Under the pieces are notes generated by a model that worked only from the letters and a program-made list of their open reading frames with translations, had not been told where the DNA came from and did no database searches. From a virus (Duplodnaviria; Caudoviricetes), in the IMG/VR virus record IMGVR_UViG_3300049930_000036, positions 1 through 37,188 of that record: a DNA stretch of 37,188 nucleotides, one strand, 5' to 3'. Shown piece after piece: positions 27,576-36,052 of the stretch; position 1 is the stretch's first letter, and the number at the start of each line of letters is the position of its first letter. The translations under genes were made by a program, and so were the position numbers.

Positions 27576-28034
27576 TTAATTAACTGAAATTCTAGAAATC
27601 ATTCGTGGGTCATCTATTACTTGTATGATCCTATCGTCATCAACTGACATCGTAACAAGCCCGTTATAGACATATGACTTTGCATAAGCTCGATCGAACA
27701 TTACCCAATCCCCTACTTTACATCTTCCTATTAAGTCGAATTTTTCGTCTTTAAAAGCACCCGGAGACATCTTGACTACGAGTCCTACAAAATTTGTGAA
27801 TTGATTATCTTGATCGTTTTTTTGAATAGTTTCGTCTGAAGCTAATATAATACCAGCCGAACCAATGGTTTTTTTTGTAACTGGTTTATATAATCTAATA
27901 ATTACTTTATAAGCCATGGGATTTGCCCCTTGGTATTTCTCAATTACTTCTTCTAAATTATAATTTTCAAAATCGATTCCTTCGTCTTTATCCGGTACCC
28001 TTGTATCAAAAGTTTCATCTTTATAGTTCATCAT
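27576..28034 (-). CDS. GroES-like co-chaperonin
   Basis: P...KVII....KT..AGIIL...GLVV.M.PGA...CKVGDWV.F..Y; AAGGAG RBS favours the ATG at 28034. Confidence 0.8.
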   Translation of the reverse strand: MMNYKDETFDTRVPDKDEGIDFENYNLEEVIEKYQGANPMAYKVIIRLYKPVTKKTIGSAGIILASDETIQKNDQDNQFTNFVGLVVKMSPGAFKDEKFDLIGRCKVGDWVMFDRAYAKSYVYNGLVTMSVDDDRIIQVIDDPRMISRISVN

Positions 28035-28206
28035 TATTTTCTCCTTTAAATACATCTCTGCAAATATTAATAGCCTCTTGTAAACCCTTGATTTGTCCTA
28101 TTGCAAATTTGTATTGCACTAAATCTTGTGCATTACCTCGAATTACATAAGACTCAAGTTGTTGTTGAGCTTCTTTTAATTTTTTAATTAATCTTTGACC
28201 CAGCAC
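28021..28206 (-). CDS. Small conserved phage protein
   Basis: G...D...Y....G.I.GL helical hairpin motif between portal and GroES. Confidence 0.65.
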   Translation of the reverse strand: MLGQRLIKKLKEAQQQLESYVIRGNAQDLVQYKFAIGQIKGLQEAINICRDVFKGENNDEL

Positions 28207-28503
28207 TTATAGTACGTCCTTCAATGATTTCTTTTTAAATGTACGTGGTAAGCCTTGTGGCGTTGCTTCTTCATGTCTAATCTTCGCAACTCCGCCCATA
28301 GCAAACTTAGGCATTTCCTTTACAGATCCACCTTTTTTATATAGTCTTTGCTTATCTTTATCGGCGCATGATTTTGAGTAATATACGTCTACGGCTTCTC
28401 CTGGATGATTCATTAATTTATCAGCCTTTTCACGCATAGAATCTTTCCTACCTTGATAGCCGGCTCTCATTGGTTTAGTAATTTTGGTCAATTTCTCCTC
28501 CAT
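28207..28503 (-). CDS. Small basic phage protein
   Basis: YKKGG / FAMGG motifs, Lys-rich. Confidence 0.6.
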   Translation of the reverse strand: MEEKLTKITKPMRAGYQGRKDSMREKADKLMNHPGEAVDVYYSKSCADKDKQRLYKKGGSVKEMPKFAMGGVAKIRHEEATPQGLPRTFKKKSLKDVL

Positions 28504-30877
28504 TTTTAATTAGTTCGGTTTGTGATTTTAATTGCGCCATTTCTTCAATAGAGACAATTTTTGCTTGTTCCTTCTCAAAATCTAATTCAGATTTTGCCAT
28601 GTCTGTCTCTGCCTTTAATTTGGCTATCTCCTCAGCAGACTCAATTTTTGCTTTTTCTTTTTCAAAATCTAATTGAGCCCTAAAGATATCGGTTTCTGTT
28701 TTTTGATTTGCTATTCTTTCCTTAGCTTCAGTTTCAGCTTGTTTCTGCTGAATATCTGCCATTAATAATGCATTAGGATCTATCGGAGCTTGTTGTTGCT
28801 CTTGATTTCCTTGTGTCTCGTCTAATGCGCCTGCGATAGCAACTGCAATAGTATTCTGAGTTTCTGGATCTGTTATCTGGTCAAGAGGTGGTAACTCCAT
28901 ACCTAAGAGTTGTTGCATCTGGATTAGATATTCATATGCATCATGCTCTTTTATATGAGCCATTATTTGTGGCTGTAAATCAGGATACATTTGAGCAAAA
29001 AGTCCATGAGTTAATTTATGAGCCGCATGTTCCTGCCAGATAGCGGCTTTCACAGGTTCATTTTTCATCATGTTTAGATTTTCACTGATAGGATCAAGTG
29101 GTAATACTTCTTTCTCTTCTTCTGAAGGAATTAGTATCTTGTCTATTGCCTCAATATTTAATCCTTGTGCCTCATAGTTTAATTTGAATACTTCTCTTAA
29201 ATTATGGAGCTGCGGAGCTAACTGAGCTGTTTTTAATATTGCTTCGGCTTTTATTATTCTTTGAGTAGTAGAATTAACTGAAGGATCTGAAACAGGAATT
29301 ATCATTACTTCATCGATAAAATCATTCGAGGTAATGACTTTACTTTCTGATCCAAAATTAAACTCTTTAGTATCTATAGTTCTTCTGAAAATTTTATCTA
29401 TCAATTGCAATTCTCTAGAAAAGGAGAAATGAATTGAACGCAAAACTGCTGATTGTATTCGATTATTTGTCTCTAGCATGGCTAAAGTAGTACCGACCGG
29501 AATGTCTTCTTTAGAATCGAGCATCCCCATTTCACTAGTAGAAGCCAGTTCCTTACACTGATTTCTTTCTTCCATCATTAATTGATGAAGAGTTGCAGAA
29601 GGTTCTGAATAAGGCAACGGCATAAACGCTTCTGAAAGCGGTATTCCCCCGGTATCTACTTCAATAAATTGTCCTGGTCCTACAATTATATCGTTGGTTT
29701 GAGTTTTAAATCCTTTTGCTCTAAGTCCGCCTGGAAGATTTTTAAAAGTCCCTGCATCTATTAGCTGACGCAATATTGTAGTTAAAGAAATGGCATTAGA
29801 ACCCATTAAATGAGCTAAGCCATAACCATATATCCCAAAGCCAGGTAGATAATTATATTGGATGAAATACTCTTCTCGCTTCTTCTCGTCGTCTTCCTCA
29901 GTCCAGTTTTTTCTAATTGAAAGCACTTCTTTGGAGATTTTATCAATAGTAACGATATAAGGTAGGGGAATATCTATTTGGTCTGAATCATTATTTGAAT
30001 CAGTGAAATCTTCTAGGTTTAAATATGTATGAACTTCATAGATCGAAAATAATGAACGTTTAGCATATGCGCCAAGATCTATTTCATCACTTTTTTTATT
30101 AATTGCCTTTGATTCATCGTCATCATCATTAACTTCCATTGTTTTTAAATATGGTAACTCAACATCACGATAAATTTTATTTTGCTGATTAAGTATAATC
30201 TCTCTTTTAGTGAGATGTAAAATATGAGTGAGACGATTTGACTCAAGAATCGAAGTGCAATCTGCATCTATAACAAAATCAGTCGGTAATATAAAACGGC
30301 TTAAAGGGCGTTTTGATATTTTGTCATAATAGACTTTTTTAAATCCACTACCGTAGAATCCAAGATAAAGTAAAAATCTTTCAAAATCTGAATAATAAGA
30401 TTGATCTTCGATTGTAAGGTAATAATTTAATAAGTCTCTATTAAGCTCACCCTTACGCTCTACTTCTTCATCACTATTGCCGTTAATTTTAAAACCAGCA
30501 GGACCGTCTTGTGGTAATAACTCCGCCCTAGCTGTTGCATAAAAACGTATTAAAGCCGTAGCAAGCGTTGTATCAAATGTTCTAGTAGCTTGACTAAATG
30601 GTATGTTTTTTACGTCTTCTAAAGAAAAACCTAGATATTGCTTTGCCTTTTCTACAGGAGTAAGCCATTGCTCTCTTACTTCAATATCTTGTTCTATGGC
30701 TTCTAATAGAAAACTAGAAAGTTTTTTGCGGGCTTCGTCGGAAAAACCAATGGCTAGATTCTCGTAAAAATCCTCATCTTCGGTTTTTACTTCCTCTTCA
30801 TTATCACCAATTTCATATAAACTAGAACCATCTTCTAATTCTTCGATTTTTCTAATATCTTCATCAGCAGTTTTCAT
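28475..30877 (-). CDS. Portal protein (P22-like, long C-terminal coiled coil)
   Basis: L.FYGSGFKKVYYD, LPG.G.YG.GL.H, LRQL.DAGT..NLPGG, PLPY.EPS.TL, PVGTT.A.LE; start re-called at MKTADE. Confidence 0.9.
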   Translation of the reverse strand: MKTADEDIRKIEELEDGSSLYEIGDNEEEVKTEDEDFYENLAIGFSDEARKKLSSFLLEAIEQDIEVREQWLTPVEKAKQYLGFSLEDVKNIPFSQATRTFDTTLATALIRFYATARAELLPQDGPAGFKINGNSDEEVERKGELNRDLLNYYLTIEDQSYYSDFERFLLYLGFYGSGFKKVYYDKISKRPLSRFILPTDFVIDADCTSILESNRLTHILHLTKREIILNQQNKIYRDVELPYLKTMEVNDDDDESKAINKKSDEIDLGAYAKRSLFSIYEVHTYLNLEDFTDSNNDSDQIDIPLPYIVTIDKISKEVLSIRKNWTEEDDEKKREEYFIQYNYLPGFGIYGYGLAHLMGSNAISLTTILRQLIDAGTFKNLPGGLRAKGFKTQTNDIIVGPGQFIEVDTGGIPLSEAFMPLPYSEPSATLHQLMMEERNQCKELASTSEMGMLDSKEDIPVGTTLAMLETNNRIQSAVLRSIHFSFSRELQLIDKIFRRTIDTKEFNFGSESKVITSNDFIDEVMIIPVSDPSVNSTTQRIIKAEAILKTAQLAPQLHNLREVFKLNYEAQGLNIEAIDKILIPSEEEKEVLPLDPISENLNMMKNEPVKAAIWQEHAAHKLTHGLFAQMYPDLQPQIMAHIKEHDAYEYLIQMQQLLGMELPPLDQITDPETQNTIAVAIAGALDETQGNQEQQQAPIDPNALLMADIQQKQAETEAKERIANQKTETDIFRAQLDFEKEKAKIESAEEIAKLKAETDMAKSELDFEKEQAKIVSIEEMAQLKSQTELIKNGGEIDQNY

Positions 30878-30917
30878 GTATATATGAATAACCCTCAAAT
30901 TCTATTTGTGTGGTGAA

Positions 30918-30965
30918 TACCGGAAAATATTTTAGTATCCTTGGCGGGACTAATATCTTCCGGTA
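30918..30965 (-). other. Long hairpin in the portal 5' region
   Basis: UACCGGAAGAUAUU/AAUAUUUUCCGGUA 14-bp stem (one G-U on the - strand) plus inner stem. Confidence 0.7.
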
Positions 30966-31017
30966 ACTTATCCCTTATTAGAGACCTTAATTAATATAAT
31001 AATGAAGTTTTTAATAT

Positions 31018-31356
31018 ATGGTTGATTTTTTTGATAAAATTGTTAAATATTTTGCAAAACTAGATGATTACTATATTTTGCGCCAAGAAAAGGAGCATCT
31101 TATCATTGGCATTAAGATAGTAATTAAGGAATATAAAGAGTCCGAGCATACTTTTTCAACGTTTGTTCAAAAGATAGATAAGACAATAGGCGTTTGTTTT
31201 CTTGTTACTATTGCGGAAAAAGCTACTCCATTGGATAAATTATTTATTCAACAAGAATTGCCCCTTTTAAGTATCAATAATAAAAAAGGAACTGGTACTT
31301 TAAAAGACTTTCGTGAAAAGCTAGATAATTTCGTAGAGAATAATTTTTATTATTAG
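31018..31356 (+). CDS. Hypothetical protein inserted antisense between terminase and portal
   Basis: 112-aa ORF filling the gap; TATAAT at 30995-31000; stop overlaps the terminase stop. Confidence 0.6.
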   Translation: MVDFFDKIVKYFAKLDDYYILRQEKEHLIIGIKIVIKEYKESEHTFSTFVQKIDKTIGVCFLVTIAEKATPLDKLFIQQELPLLSINNKKGTGTLKDFREKLDNFVENNFYY

Positions 31357-32939
31357 TAAACTCTTACCTGTTTATCTGACGGTGGGTTAGGACGTTCATC
31401 TTTTGGATTAAGAAGGAATTGACCGTCTCTTAACTTTGTTAGGGCTTGACTCATGGTATCTACTAAATCTCTACTTTCAGCATTTGGAAAACAAGCTACA
31501 GACTCAAGAAACTCATCGGCGTAAGGTAATAACCTATCATAAGTAGGAGCTTTCGCCGGTAACCATACTCTCCCTCCTTCTATTAAAGGTGTAATATAAC
31601 GAACCCGTGCTATTTTATCACCTTTAGGAATAAATGGTATCGCTCTAATACCTGATCTATTCAAGTCTTGTATTAATGGGTCGCCCGATGCTTTGGCTTC
31701 AATAAGACATAAATCAATATGACGTCCTTTAAAAGTAGGAGATTTTTCAGCTCCTGTATCACGATAATCATAGTAAAGTCTTTTGACTCTTTCTCTAAGT
31801 TCTGGATATTCTATCCTACCACGCCACATAGACAATAAAATCAAATTTTCTACATAATTATGATCGTAAAATACTCCCCATGTGGTACATGCTGAAAATG
31901 CAGACATTTTATTAGCAGTTAATGCCGTATCCCAGCTTTGTAATACAAATTCAATTTGCGGAGGAGTGGAATTTTTCCACCAACAAAACCAATCTTTTTT
32001 GATGATTCCACCTTCTGCCGGAGAGGGTCTTTGTTGTAATTGACCAGCTATTCTATATTGAGATCCAAGATCGTTTTTCAAACTTTCAATGGCTTTTTTG
32101 TCAAACTTCTCTGGCCAAAGTAATTCTCCTTCTTTACTTCTTGGATCTTTCCATATTTTGCCATTGGTTGAGGGTAAAATAATAGTCTTGCTATAACGCC
32201 CTTCCTCATATTCCATAGGTAGTATTAGCTTAGTCCATTCGTTTGAATCATCGTGACTAAGTATAAATCCTGATATATCTCCTTCATGTATTCTCTGTTG
32301 TACTACGATTCTACAGTCATTCTTACGATCATTTAGACGTGTTGACCATATCGTATTCCACCAGTCTATCCTATTAGCTCTATGAACATCAGATTCGCCA
32401 TCAGCAGCATTATTAGGGTCATCTGTAATGAGTATACTTCCTCCTTCACCCGTAGTACCACTTCCAGAAGAAGTGGCAATACGATAACCAGTAGCAGTAT
32501 TATCAAATCTTTTTTTAGTGTTTTGATCTTTTGATAACTGAAAACGATTACCCCAATTTTTTTGAAACCATGGTGATTGTATGAGTGCTCGACATTTTTG
32601 ACTATCTCTTGAAGCTAAACCAAAACTATATGAAGCATATAAAAATCTTTCACTAGGATTACGTAACCAACACCAAGCTGGAAATGATATTGAGACTAGA
32701 GTTGATTTACTACACCTAGGAGGCATATTGATAAGTAAATTCTTAATACGCCTATCTGCAACAGCTTCTAAATGCTCGCAAATAGTTCTCAAGTGCCATC
32801 CATCGACAAAAGGCGTATTTCCTTCAATCCAACACCAAGCTTGTTTTAAAAATTCAAAAAGAGACATTTCAGCTAGTAAAGCTTGTCTCTCTTCTTGAAG
32901 CTGTTCTAATTCTAGTGGGGTTATTGATCTAGATAACAA
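31353..32939 (-). CDS. terL: Terminase large subunit
   Basis: INMPPRCSKST Walker A, ILITDDP Walker B, QSWDTA / IEAKASG / DLVD nuclease motifs. Confidence 0.95.
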   Translation of the reverse strand: MLSRSITPLELEQLQEERQALLAEMSLFEFLKQAWCWIEGNTPFVDGWHLRTICEHLEAVADRRIKNLLINMPPRCSKSTLVSISFPAWCWLRNPSERFLYASYSFGLASRDSQKCRALIQSPWFQKNWGNRFQLSKDQNTKKRFDNTATGYRIATSSGSGTTGEGGSILITDDPNNAADGESDVHRANRIDWWNTIWSTRLNDRKNDCRIVVQQRIHEGDISGFILSHDDSNEWTKLILPMEYEEGRYSKTIILPSTNGKIWKDPRSKEGELLWPEKFDKKAIESLKNDLGSQYRIAGQLQQRPSPAEGGIIKKDWFCWWKNSTPPQIEFVLQSWDTALTANKMSAFSACTTWGVFYDHNYVENLILLSMWRGRIEYPELRERVKRLYYDYRDTGAEKSPTFKGRHIDLCLIEAKASGDPLIQDLNRSGIRAIPFIPKGDKIARVRYITPLIEGGRVWLPAKAPTYDRLLPYADEFLESVACFPNAESRDLVDTMSQALTKLRDGQFLLNPKDERPNPPSDKQVRVY

Positions 32940-33024
32940 AATGTTGAATTTTCACCGTTATAAATGCCTAAGTAATTTATAATAATGAACATTTTAAGAA
33001 ATGGTTGGAATTTTTATTAAAGTA

Positions 33025-33053
33025 TGAACTACCGAGGATCTCTCGATAGTTCA
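33025..33053 (-). terminator. Probable intrinsic terminator after the OMP gene
   Basis: GAACUAUCGAG-AGAUC-CUCGGUAGUUC followed by AUACUUU; the wobble pair favours the - strand. Confidence 0.6.
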
Positions 33054-33062
33054 CTTGCTATT

Positions 33063-33770
33063 TTACAAATCAAAACGTGCTGCTAGAGATAAATTATGCC
33101 CCTGATACTTATTCTTTTTATTATCATCGGTTTTGACTTTTCCTGAATATTTCCAGCTATAAGATAGTTCAATATTAAAGCCATTACAAACACTTATATC
33201 TGTACCGCCTATAAATGCATAAGAAAAACTATTTTTATTCTTATTAGCTTTAGATGTAAAGATAGTTGGCAAAGTAATAGTATGACCATTAGTAATAGTA
33301 CTCTCAAATCTATCAAGTATCTTTTCTTTGATCTTACTTGAGCCAATACCAGATCCTAAGAATACTTTGAATTTAGAAGCTTTGATAATATCAATATAGC
33401 CATTAAGCATTATGGATTGAATATTAGTTGTTCTTTTGATAGATCTATTCCCACTATTTATAATATTATCATCTATAAATTGAAAATCATTGCCTTTAGT
33501 AGCAAAATTGATATTAGAGTTCTCGAAAACTAAATCTACCCTAGAAAAGAAGTTAGTATAATACCCAATCCCGATTCCTAGAGTTGAAGATGGATTTGAT
33601 TTTTGGTCTAATATAAAATTGATGTCAGAATCAATAGTTTTGATGTTAGAAGTTTTATTTAAAATAGCGATGGTTTTTAAATAGAATTTTTTGTTAGAAC
33701 CATTGGCTAAAACAGAATTATTTAGTAAAGACAACACGCTTAAAAAGGTTATTATTTTGTTTTTCAACAT
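33063..33770 (-). CDS. Outer-membrane beta-barrel protein (opacity/LomR-like)
   Basis: Signal peptide; GIGIGYY, RVDL, MLNGY.DI, FLG.GIG, IEL.Y and terminal ARFDL signature. Confidence 0.85.
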   Translation of the reverse strand: MLKNKIITFLSVLSLLNNSVLANGSNKKFYLKTIAILNKTSNIKTIDSDINFILDQKSNPSSTLGIGIGYYTNFFSRVDLVFENSNINFATKGNDFQFIDDNIINSGNRSIKRTTNIQSIMLNGYIDIIKASKFKVFLGSGIGSSKIKEKILDRFESTITNGHTITLPTIFTSKANKNKNSFSYAFIGGTDISVCNGFNIELSYSWKYSGKVKTDDNKKNKYQGHNLSLAARFDL

Positions 33771-33797
33771 AAGAATTTCTTAATATTTATTCTTACT

Positions 33798-33806
33798 ATT
33801 ATATCA
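33798..33806 (-). promoter_or_regulatory. Extended -10 upstream of the OMP gene
   Basis: TGATATAAT on the - strand ~28 nt before the ATG. Confidence 0.45.
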
Positions 33807-33871
33807 TAGTTAGGGTAAATATTATGGATTTTCTTATGAAAAATGTAAGGGGAACAGGTTCATCTTTCATT

Positions 33872-34054
33872 TCAGTATACATGCTCCAAATATTTCATTT
33901 TATAATCTAAAAGATTTATCAGAATTTTAAAAGCTTCTTGAGCATCTGCAAACTGCTCTGGATCGCAATAATTATTCTCTTCAGTTCTTTGTACAAAATT
34001 TGTTATCTGATTTAATAGAATAACTGCTATTTCGCTTCTATCTTCTAATGACAT
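33872..34054 (-). CDS. Hypothetical protein, paralog of the N-half of 34612-34950
   Basis: MSLEDRSEI...NQITNFV.R.E.NNY; AGAGG RBS. Confidence 0.65.
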   Translation of the reverse strand: MSLEDRSEIAVILLNQITNFVQRTEENNYCDPEQFADAQEAFKILINLLDYKMKYLEHVY

Positions 34055-34078
34055 ATTGCCTCTCTAGTTTGATTGTAA

Positions 34079-34609
34079 TTAATTTACTATCTTTCTTATA
34101 CAACTAATCTCTTTAGTAAAAGATTCGTAGCCGTACCATTCCAATTCTTCAATCGAAAGCTCCTGTGGATTAGCTAAATTAATTTGAGGGTTAAAAGTAC
34201 AATGTTCTATACTAGTGATCTCGTATTTCCAACAAGTATATAACTTATCTAATTTTTTTATCATTTCATTAGAGCTCATAGCATCTGTATAGTCAGCATC
34301 ATACTTAAAGTCTATTATATCCATACGATTACGAGCTACTATTATAGTTGTAACCTTAGGAACTGTAGAATTATATTCTATAAAAACTCGTATATCTTCA
34401 TAACCACTATCATGATAAGAAAATATCTCTTCTAGAATATACCTTTCATACCGCAAAGCGCATTTTCTTATATGATTTACTTCATTCTTTTGCTTTTTGT
34501 CGTTACCTATTATTTCAACAAGAGCAGATTGGTCAATAGACATACAATCCTCCATCCAATCTACTTCTTCTAGAGCCATTTTATAAGGGCATAAATCTAT
34601 AAATGACAT
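34079..34609 (-). CDS. Hypothetical acidic protein
   Basis: 176-aa ORF in the parA operon; no motif recognised. Confidence 0.55.
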   Translation of the reverse strand: MSFIDLCPYKMALEEVDWMEDCMSIDQSALVEIIGNDKKQKNEVNHIRKCALRYERYILEEIFSYHDSGYEDIRVFIEYNSTVPKVTTIIVARNRMDIIDFKYDADYTDAMSSNEMIKKLDKLYTCWKYEITSIEHCTFNPQINLANPQELSIEELEWYGYESFTKEISCIRKIVN

Positions 34610-34611
34610 AA

Positions 34612-34950
34612 TTATTTACCATCCTTTTGATCTTCCATTTTTAAATACTTTTCTATGTATGATAATAGGATATCAGTTACTGTAGTATTATTACTGATAG
34701 CTATAGTTTTCAATCTTTTTTTTAAATTAGCAGATATTAGTATATTTATATTGCTCATCTCTTCTTCGTTTTTTAATGAACTCACTAACTTGTGCTCCAA
34801 AACAGATAATTCTTCTACTATAGTTGCTATTGTTTTTCGAGCATCATTAAATTGTTCGGGATAATAATTATTTGCTTCGATTCTCTTTATAAAGTTTATT
34901 AACTGATTTATTTGAACAGTTGTAATTTCTTTGCTATCGTCCAGTGACAT
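34612..34950 (-). CDS. Two-module protein with C-terminal ribbon-helix-helix
   Basis: C-half INILISANLKKRLK..A......TDIL...IEKYLK aligns with 34952-35170. Confidence 0.7.
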   Translation of the reverse strand: MSLDDSKEITTVQINQLINFIKRIEANNYYPEQFNDARKTIATIVEELSVLEHKLVSSLKNEEEMSNINILISANLKKRLKTIAISNNTTVTDILLSYIEKYLKMEDQKDGK

Positions 34951-34951
34951 A

Positions 34952-35170
34952 TTATTTATTCTCCTTTTGCTCTTCTATCTTTAAGTACTTTTCTATGAGT
35001 GGCACTAGAACATCTGTCATTTGCATCTTGTTATTAACAGCATGTATTTTTAATCTTTTTTTTAATGCATAAGGCATATTGATACATACTCTATCCATCT
35101 CTTCTTGTTCCATTAATTTAATAGCCTTTTCTTTGTCACGAGAAGGTCTTTCTGTTCTAAATAAACTCAT
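34952..35170 (-). CDS. ParG-like ribbon-helix-helix partition protein
   Basis: RVCINMP..LKKRLKI.A......MTDV....IE.YL; directly after parA. Confidence 0.75.
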   Translation of the reverse strand: MSLFRTERPSRDKEKAIKLMEQEEMDRVCINMPYALKKRLKIHAVNNKMQMTDVLVPLIEKYLKIEEQKENK

Positions 35171-35832
35171 ATCAATATTTTCTTCATTTCATTTACGATG
35201 TTGGTGATTTCTTCTATAGCCTGTATATTATCCGTATCAAAAACAGTCTTCCCTTCTGATACATTTTCGCTGTATGCTACCCTTTGCGTAGTAGAACTTT
35301 CCATAACTGGTAAACCCAATTGTCTTAAAGTGGGGAACACTTCTTTACCTAATGAGGTATTTGCTATTTTGCGATTAACACAAAAATAAGCTTTGGGTTT
35401 GCCATTAGTCATTTGTTGCCTTGCTTTTATAATATCAACTAAATCAATAGTGGCTAAAATATCATACGGCGAAGGTTGCACTGGAATAATAAGCAAATCA
35501 GCGCATTTTATAGCGGCTATAGACATTTCTTTTATTTGAGGAACGCCATCAATAATTACCCAATCAAAACCTTGTCCAATTGCCTTTAAATCTTTTTCCA
35601 ATGATTTAGGTCTATCCATTCCTATTACCCTTAATTCACTATTGCCAGCCTCGTGCCAATCTCTAGCCGAACCTTGCGGGTCTGAATCTACAAGCAATAC
35701 TTTTGAAAGTTCTAGATGTAATTTAGTTGCAATATTAGTTGCTAAAGTAGTTTTTCCTACTCCTCCTTTTTGATTCAAAAGAGCAACTACAAAAGGTAGT
35801 TGGTGATTATATCCTATAATATCATTATTCAA
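35167..35832 (-). CDS. parA: Short (type Ib) ParA partition ATPase
   Basis: NQKGGVGKTT, LLVDSDPQGS, IIDG.P, IIPVQPS.YD. Confidence 0.92.
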   Translation of the reverse strand: MNNDIIGYNHQLPFVVALLNQKGGVGKTTLATNIATKLHLELSKVLLVDSDPQGSARDWHEAGNSELRVIGMDRPKSLEKDLKAIGQGFDWVIIDGVPQIKEMSIAAIKCADLLIIPVQPSPYDILATIDLVDIIKARQQMTNGKPKAYFCVNRKIANTSLGKEVFPTLRQLGLPVMESSTTQRVAYSENVSEGKTVFDTDNIQAIEEITNIVNEMKKILI

Positions 35833-35841
35833 AATATTTCC

Positions 35842-35928
35842 TGCATTTATATATTATTGCATTTATACACTAATGTCTTTATCTATTAATGTCTTTATCT
35901 ATTAATGCAATAATACATTAATAGATAA
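35842..35928. repeat. 16-bp-phased direct repeats plus inverted repeat upstream of parA (centromere/operator candidate)
   Basis: TGCATTTATA (35842, 35858), TGTCTTTATC (35874, 35890), TGCAATAATA (35906); 13-bp IR 35895-35907/35916-35928. Confidence 0.7.
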
Positions 35929-36052
35929 TATAGTGATAAAAATACACAGCTAATATAAGAATGGTTACTTTTATTTTATTTTTAAATTTGTATGATTCGT
36001 AAATTATAGTTCATTGTAAATAAAACCATTATATAAATAAAGAGTAACCATC

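Noticed and set aside
28511-28680. 29-aa repeat (LDFEKE.AKI.S.EE.A.LK..T) at the portal C-terminus
   Set aside because: Real, but explained as ordinary extension of the portal coiled-coil barrel.
716-35389. Short ORF-track entries overlapping larger genes (e.g. 716-1000, 3525-3836, 5827-7464 set, 8105-8739, 11232-11486, 14554-14736, 16821-17384, 17861-19448 set, 22816-23482, 24841-25431, 27268-28150 set, 34655-34864, 35198-35389)
   Set aside because: Antisense or alternate-frame shadows of well-supported genes with no motifs or RBS.
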